This document shows positions 59,741 through 64,000 of a DNA stretch of 64,000 bases, in pieces. How positions within the stretch are numbered: the stretch's first letter is position 1; every line of letters begins with the position of its first letter. Location of the stretch: contig NC_043004.1 in the NCBI RefSeq assembly GCF_006345805.1, positions 91,264,001 to 91,328,000 of the forward strand, read 5' to 3'. A model generated the notes under the pieces. It saw only the letters and a list, made by a program, of their open reading frames with translations. It had not been told where the DNA came from and did no database searches. The translations under genes were made by a program, and so were the position numbers. Source of the stretch: Octopus sinensis. Lineage: Eukaryota.

Positions 59741-62103
59741 TAATAATAATAAAAAAATAATAATAATAATAATAATAGGGAGGTGGCAAACTAGCAGAAT
59801 TGATAGCATGTTGGAGAAAATACCTTATAACATCTTGTTCATCTTAATGTCCTGTGTTCAAATTCTGCAGAGGTTGACTTTGCTTGTCATCCTATGAGAG
59901 TTGATAAATAAGGACCAGTCAAGCACTGTAGTGGAGGTAATAGGCTAGCCCTTCCTACCCACAAAATTGCAGACCTTGTGCCAATGGTAAAAGTATTATT
60001 GTTGTTATTATTGAGCGAGAGGGCAGCACATGTCATCGAACTATCAAAGTGATGCGAGGATATAAATGCACGATGTCCAATATACTCATCATGATAATGT
60101 GTCTGTTATAGGTATACCTATTTCTTTACTACCCACAAGGGGCTAAACACAGAGGGGACAAACAAGGACAGACAAACGGATTAAGTCGATTATATCGACC
60201 CCAGTGCGTAACTGGTACTTATTTAATCGACCCCAAAAGGATGAAAGGCAAAGTCAACCTTGGCGGAATTTGAACTCAGAACGTAGCGGCAGACGAAATA
60301 CTGCTAAGCATTTTGTCCAGCGTGCTAACGACTCTGCCAGCTCACCGCCTAGGTATACCAGGCTCATGCATCACAACCATATGTGCATAATATGGGGATC
60401 TCGCATCAAGATAACAGCACATGACCTTGCGGGTAGGACCCAGGACCCAATTAGAATTTTTTTCAGGTTGAGTAGCCCATCCTGCTCAAAAGGTACCTGA
60501 TTAAGGGTTGTTTAAGGATTAACAAAATACCTTTCTGCTGAGATTGAGCAGTCATATTCCTTAAAAGTGATTGCTTCTTCACAGCCTCCTCATGTCCTGA
60601 AGTTAGTTTTTGTATTCTGTTCCGTTACATACATTCAGTAGTTTCTGGTGAGAAAGCTTTTGGCCTTGTGCCATAATCAAACATCTTCAGCCCCAGCTTC
60701 CATTCTTAAGATTTTCAGTCAGTGGTAAGATTCATACTTATCTACTTTTGCTTTGTTCAACCTAAGTCATGTATGGAACATGCCGGAGATTCAAGTGCTA
60801 ATATCTTAGCTTGACATCTCATAATCCAAAGATGAATTCAATGGGATTACAAGTGATGTGTATTGTCTTTTTCTTGCACAATATTTATCACACACAATCC
60901 TATTTCCAGTTCATAAAAACCAAGATGGCTTCTGAGGAAGGTAAAAGACAGCAATTTGCTGTTTCTTAATAACTGAATGGAGAACTTGTACCATTTCCAC
61001 TAGAGAGCAGCTACTGTACCAAAACACTATTGTTATGAGTCAATAAAAGCCAATAAATATTTTGTTTCATCAGGACACACAAAAAAATGCTTCAATAGAA
61101 AACTTGAATTTTTAATTAATTTTTAAAAAATTTGTTTTATTTTTCTATTCCTCCAAACAACTACCCTTGTTTTATATATATTGACTTCTGTGATGACAGA
61201 GACTATCTTTCATTTTGTTCTCTTTTTTTTTTCTAGCCATTTATATTAGTCTCCTTTTCTATTTTACTAGATATTTTTCTAGATATTTTACTAGATATTT
61301 GGCGTTAGGAAGGGCACCAGCCGTAGAAACACTGCCAGATCAGACTGGGCCTGATGCAGCCTTCGGGCTTGCCAGACCCCAGTTGAACCGTCCAACCCAT
61401 GCTAGCATGGAAAGCGGACGCTAAATGATGATGATGATGATGATGATGATTTTTCTAATCCTATAGCAAATATTTTATAATAATTTTTACTAGTAGAAAA
61501 GACCTATCTCTATATTCATTGTAAATCTAATCTTTCTGTATAGCTTTTGAGTTGCATATTCTAAATGCAGTCAATATTTCCTTTCTTTTCTATGTAGTCT
61601 TGCTAATTCACTTAGCTTCCAACTTGAAAATATAACTATAATTAATTACTGGAAGAGCAAGAAGATTGATAGTTATTACTTTATTTTTGGCATTTAGTTC
61701 AGTTTCAAATATTGATCAGATGCATCTAAAATTTTTCCTTTCTAACCTTTTCTTCAGTTTGTGTGTGAGTAATACAGTCTGGTTCATTAACTTTTAAGTA
61801 TATATAAGTCTGTGTTTAGTCTAATTCTCTTATCTCTGTTTCTTTACCTAACATCATATAAATGGGTTTTTATCAACTTCCTTGCCTTCAAGGTTTCCTT
61901 GGCACTTTTTCCTAAACTGAATCTCATAACACATACAGAATCTATTCCTGATATATAACATGGTTTCTGGTTGTTTGTCCTCTGCAGTAGACCTATATGA
62001 TTGTCATCTTACAGTATTTTTTTCTGCAGATGGATTAGTTTAGTATTCTGGTCAAGGATGTTAGCACCAGACATAATATGAAGAATGAAAAAGATAGGGA
62101 TAA

Positions 62104-62225
<122 letters not shown>

Positions 62226-62234
62226 TGAGAGTAT

Positions 62235-62640
62235 CTTCAAAATACTCCTCTTCTTATCATATGAATAATTAGAATCAGTTGTAATTTTGTAATACTTTCT
62301 TTAATTTGAATACGATAATTTACCTTATATTTTCTCATGACGTGTTTGATGTATTTGCTCTTTGTTTCTTCTAGCTTACTGAATATTTCCATACCCAACA
62401 AGCAGGGAACACTGTCAAGACCCTCCTGGTGATCAATGTGTGCCATACTCAGATCCTTCTTTCTCATCTTATAGTCTTCAGATATAGCTTCATTTACATA
62501 TAAGCCTTTATTTATCAGTAATTAATTACTCTCAATAACCATAGAAGCCTTTGTAGCATTCCTTCTGCTCTGAACAGAAGGAATAAGACTCATAAGGCAA
62601 TATTTCCTCTCTTCTTCTGAAAATGTGTTATTTTATTCTC
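62235..62640 (-). mobile_element. R4/Dong-like non-LTR RT fragment
   Basis: Minus frames EQKECYKGFYG...LINK..AISEDYKMRKKDLSMAHIDHQEGLDSVP (compare EQKG..GSYGCKDQL...NLSMAWIDYxKAFDSVPH). Confidence 0.75.
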
Positions 62641-63129
62641 CAGGCAAGCATTGATTTTTTTGTGGTAATATTGTCGCTTAGGATTTCTATACTGTCAGCT
62701 TGTGGGTATGTAGTTTGGATATTAGATGTTTTTGTCAGTTCTGGAGATTATGACAAAATAACACCCAAATAGCTCAGTGAGTCATTAAAAAATGTTATTG
62801 CTGATCTTTCAGTAAATAGTCAAATACTTTTGGCCAGTACTTTGTATGTACATCATCATCATCATCATTATGTTTTAATATCCACTTTCTGTGGATTAGA
62901 CAGAATTCATTCAAGAGGATTTTGTATAGTTGAATGGCCTTCCTTGTTACCAATCCTCACCTGTTTTCCAGCAAGCTGGTATTTCTCCATAGCTGGACAT
63001 GTTTTTATGGAAGACTGAAAATAAATGACACCACATATATGAAGGTGACACTTGTTTACAACTATTATGCAATGTCAAGATGTGGAGATACATGCACACA
63101 CACACACGTGAAGGCTAGAGAGGAATGAG

Positions 63130-63930
63130 GCTAGTATGCTCTACTGGATGTGTAATGTAAGTGTACATATGCAACAGAGAGTTAGTGTATTGAGAGAGAA
63201 GTTAGGTGTAAGAGGAATTAGATGCAGTGTGCTAGTTTGGTCATGTGATGCAGAGGGATGCCATCAGCTCCAGAGAAAAGTGCCAAAGTAGATGGAACTC
63301 ATGGAAGAGGGTGACCCAAGAAGATATTGGATGAAGGTGGCGAGCTGGCAGAAACGTTAGCGCGCCGGGCGAAATGCTTAGTGGTATTTCGTCTGTCACT
63401 ACATTCTGAGTTCAAATTCCACCGAGGTCGACTTTGCCTTTCATCCTTTCGGGGTCGATTAAATAAGTACCAGTTATGCACTGGGGTCGATATAATCGAC
63501 TTAATCCGTTTGTCTGTCCTTGTTTGTCCTCTCTGTGTTTAGCCCCTTGTGGGTAGTAAAGAAATAGATATTGGATGAAGTACTGAAGGATGAGATGACA
63601 AAGGACCAAGATACCTGGTGCCTTGCTGTACTCAAGAAAACCCATCTCCCACAGCAGAATTGTTAAGGCTGCATTCCCTGGTGAAGAGGAATGACCTGCA
63701 AGAATACTGTGCTGGTGCCACATGAAAATGCTCATGCTGATGGAACATTGAAAGCGCCCAGCACACACTGTGAAGGGGTTGACATTAGGAAGGCAGCATC
63801 TAGCCAGTGAAACCAAGCCAAATCAGGCTGGAACTTGGTGCAGCTTTCCAGCTTGCCAGCTCTGATCAAATTGTTCAACCCATGCCAGCATAGAAAATGG
63901 ATGTTAAAGGATGATGATGACGATGATATA
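63130..63930 (+). mobile_element. Degenerate RTE 3' end interrupted by a SINE
   Basis: Remnant KLGVRGIRCSV...GRG*PKKILDEV, followed by the same 3' region and (GAT)n. Confidence 0.6.
63337..63566 (+). mobile_element. SINE family B (tRNA-like head, central CTTTGCCTTTCATCCTTTCGGGGTCGATAAA..AAGTACCAG block), representative TSD-flanked copy
   Basis: TSD GATATTGGATGAAG (63323-63336, 63567-63580). Dozens of copies and variants, e.g. 17100, 20790, 25120, 25560, 26020, 32270, 40605, 49095, 50705, 60118, with a dense cluster at 23800-24720 and 29160-29960. Confidence 0.9.
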
Positions 63931-64000
63931 CATAGGCACAGAAGTGGCTGTGTGGTAAGTAGCTTGTTTACCAACCACATGGTTCCGGGTTCAGTCCCAC

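Noticed and set aside
59615-59775. (TTA)n followed by (AAT)n as a special cruciform element
   Set aside because: Explained by adjacent microsatellite tails of oppositely oriented repeats.

Overview
AT-rich, repeat-dense eukaryotic DNA, most likely an octopus (coleoid cephalopod); this is inferred from the SINE families, not proven. One host gene is supported: the 5' half of IFT74 (intraflagellar transport protein 74) on the minus strand. I reconstructed it by hand as 13 phase-compatible GT-AG exons (42286 down to 3557) plus a probable first exon ending at 48832. Together they give about 320 codons: MSLPPKSGRLRTGSFRPIGSSAGRQPGTATRLTTAMNPSASRSGGRVGNHLISGGALNAQLTVVDRPTTQQGLGTMKTGFRGPQRQVQDRTYYLGLIRAKNNELSAEISKLKKEVEVINEENSSYLSYEKRAETLAAEIRDLQGELGDYNTLVDKLTTDEDIQDVNYDYNDLRVQNEKEVKDIERLFEATKEKEKQISKLEKELSDEKELAESLINDMEPELKKKYSKMKDINENFVEAMEKNQQAIDELNSKVQILQEDLMKSPARQKAVQLYKRKDELEMQKESLTEELNSKESPEAERNRLLKQLKSDNQEIATFERQ. 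The remaining exons should lie left of position 1. Almost all other ORFs in the track come from SINEs, LINEs (RTE, CR1/L2, Tx1, CRE, R4-like), DNA transposons (Tol2-like hAT, mariner, maT, Helitron) or microsatellites. The most interesting signal is a non-coding, fold-back element of about 250 bp present three times in IFT74 introns (27082, 38822, 43252). Each copy carries a complete minimal type I hammerhead ribozyme fold with a non-canonical G3:C8 core and a palindromic stem III, the signature of Penelope-like retroelement ribozymes that cleave as dimers. All folds and alignments were done by eye; no database search or computation was run.
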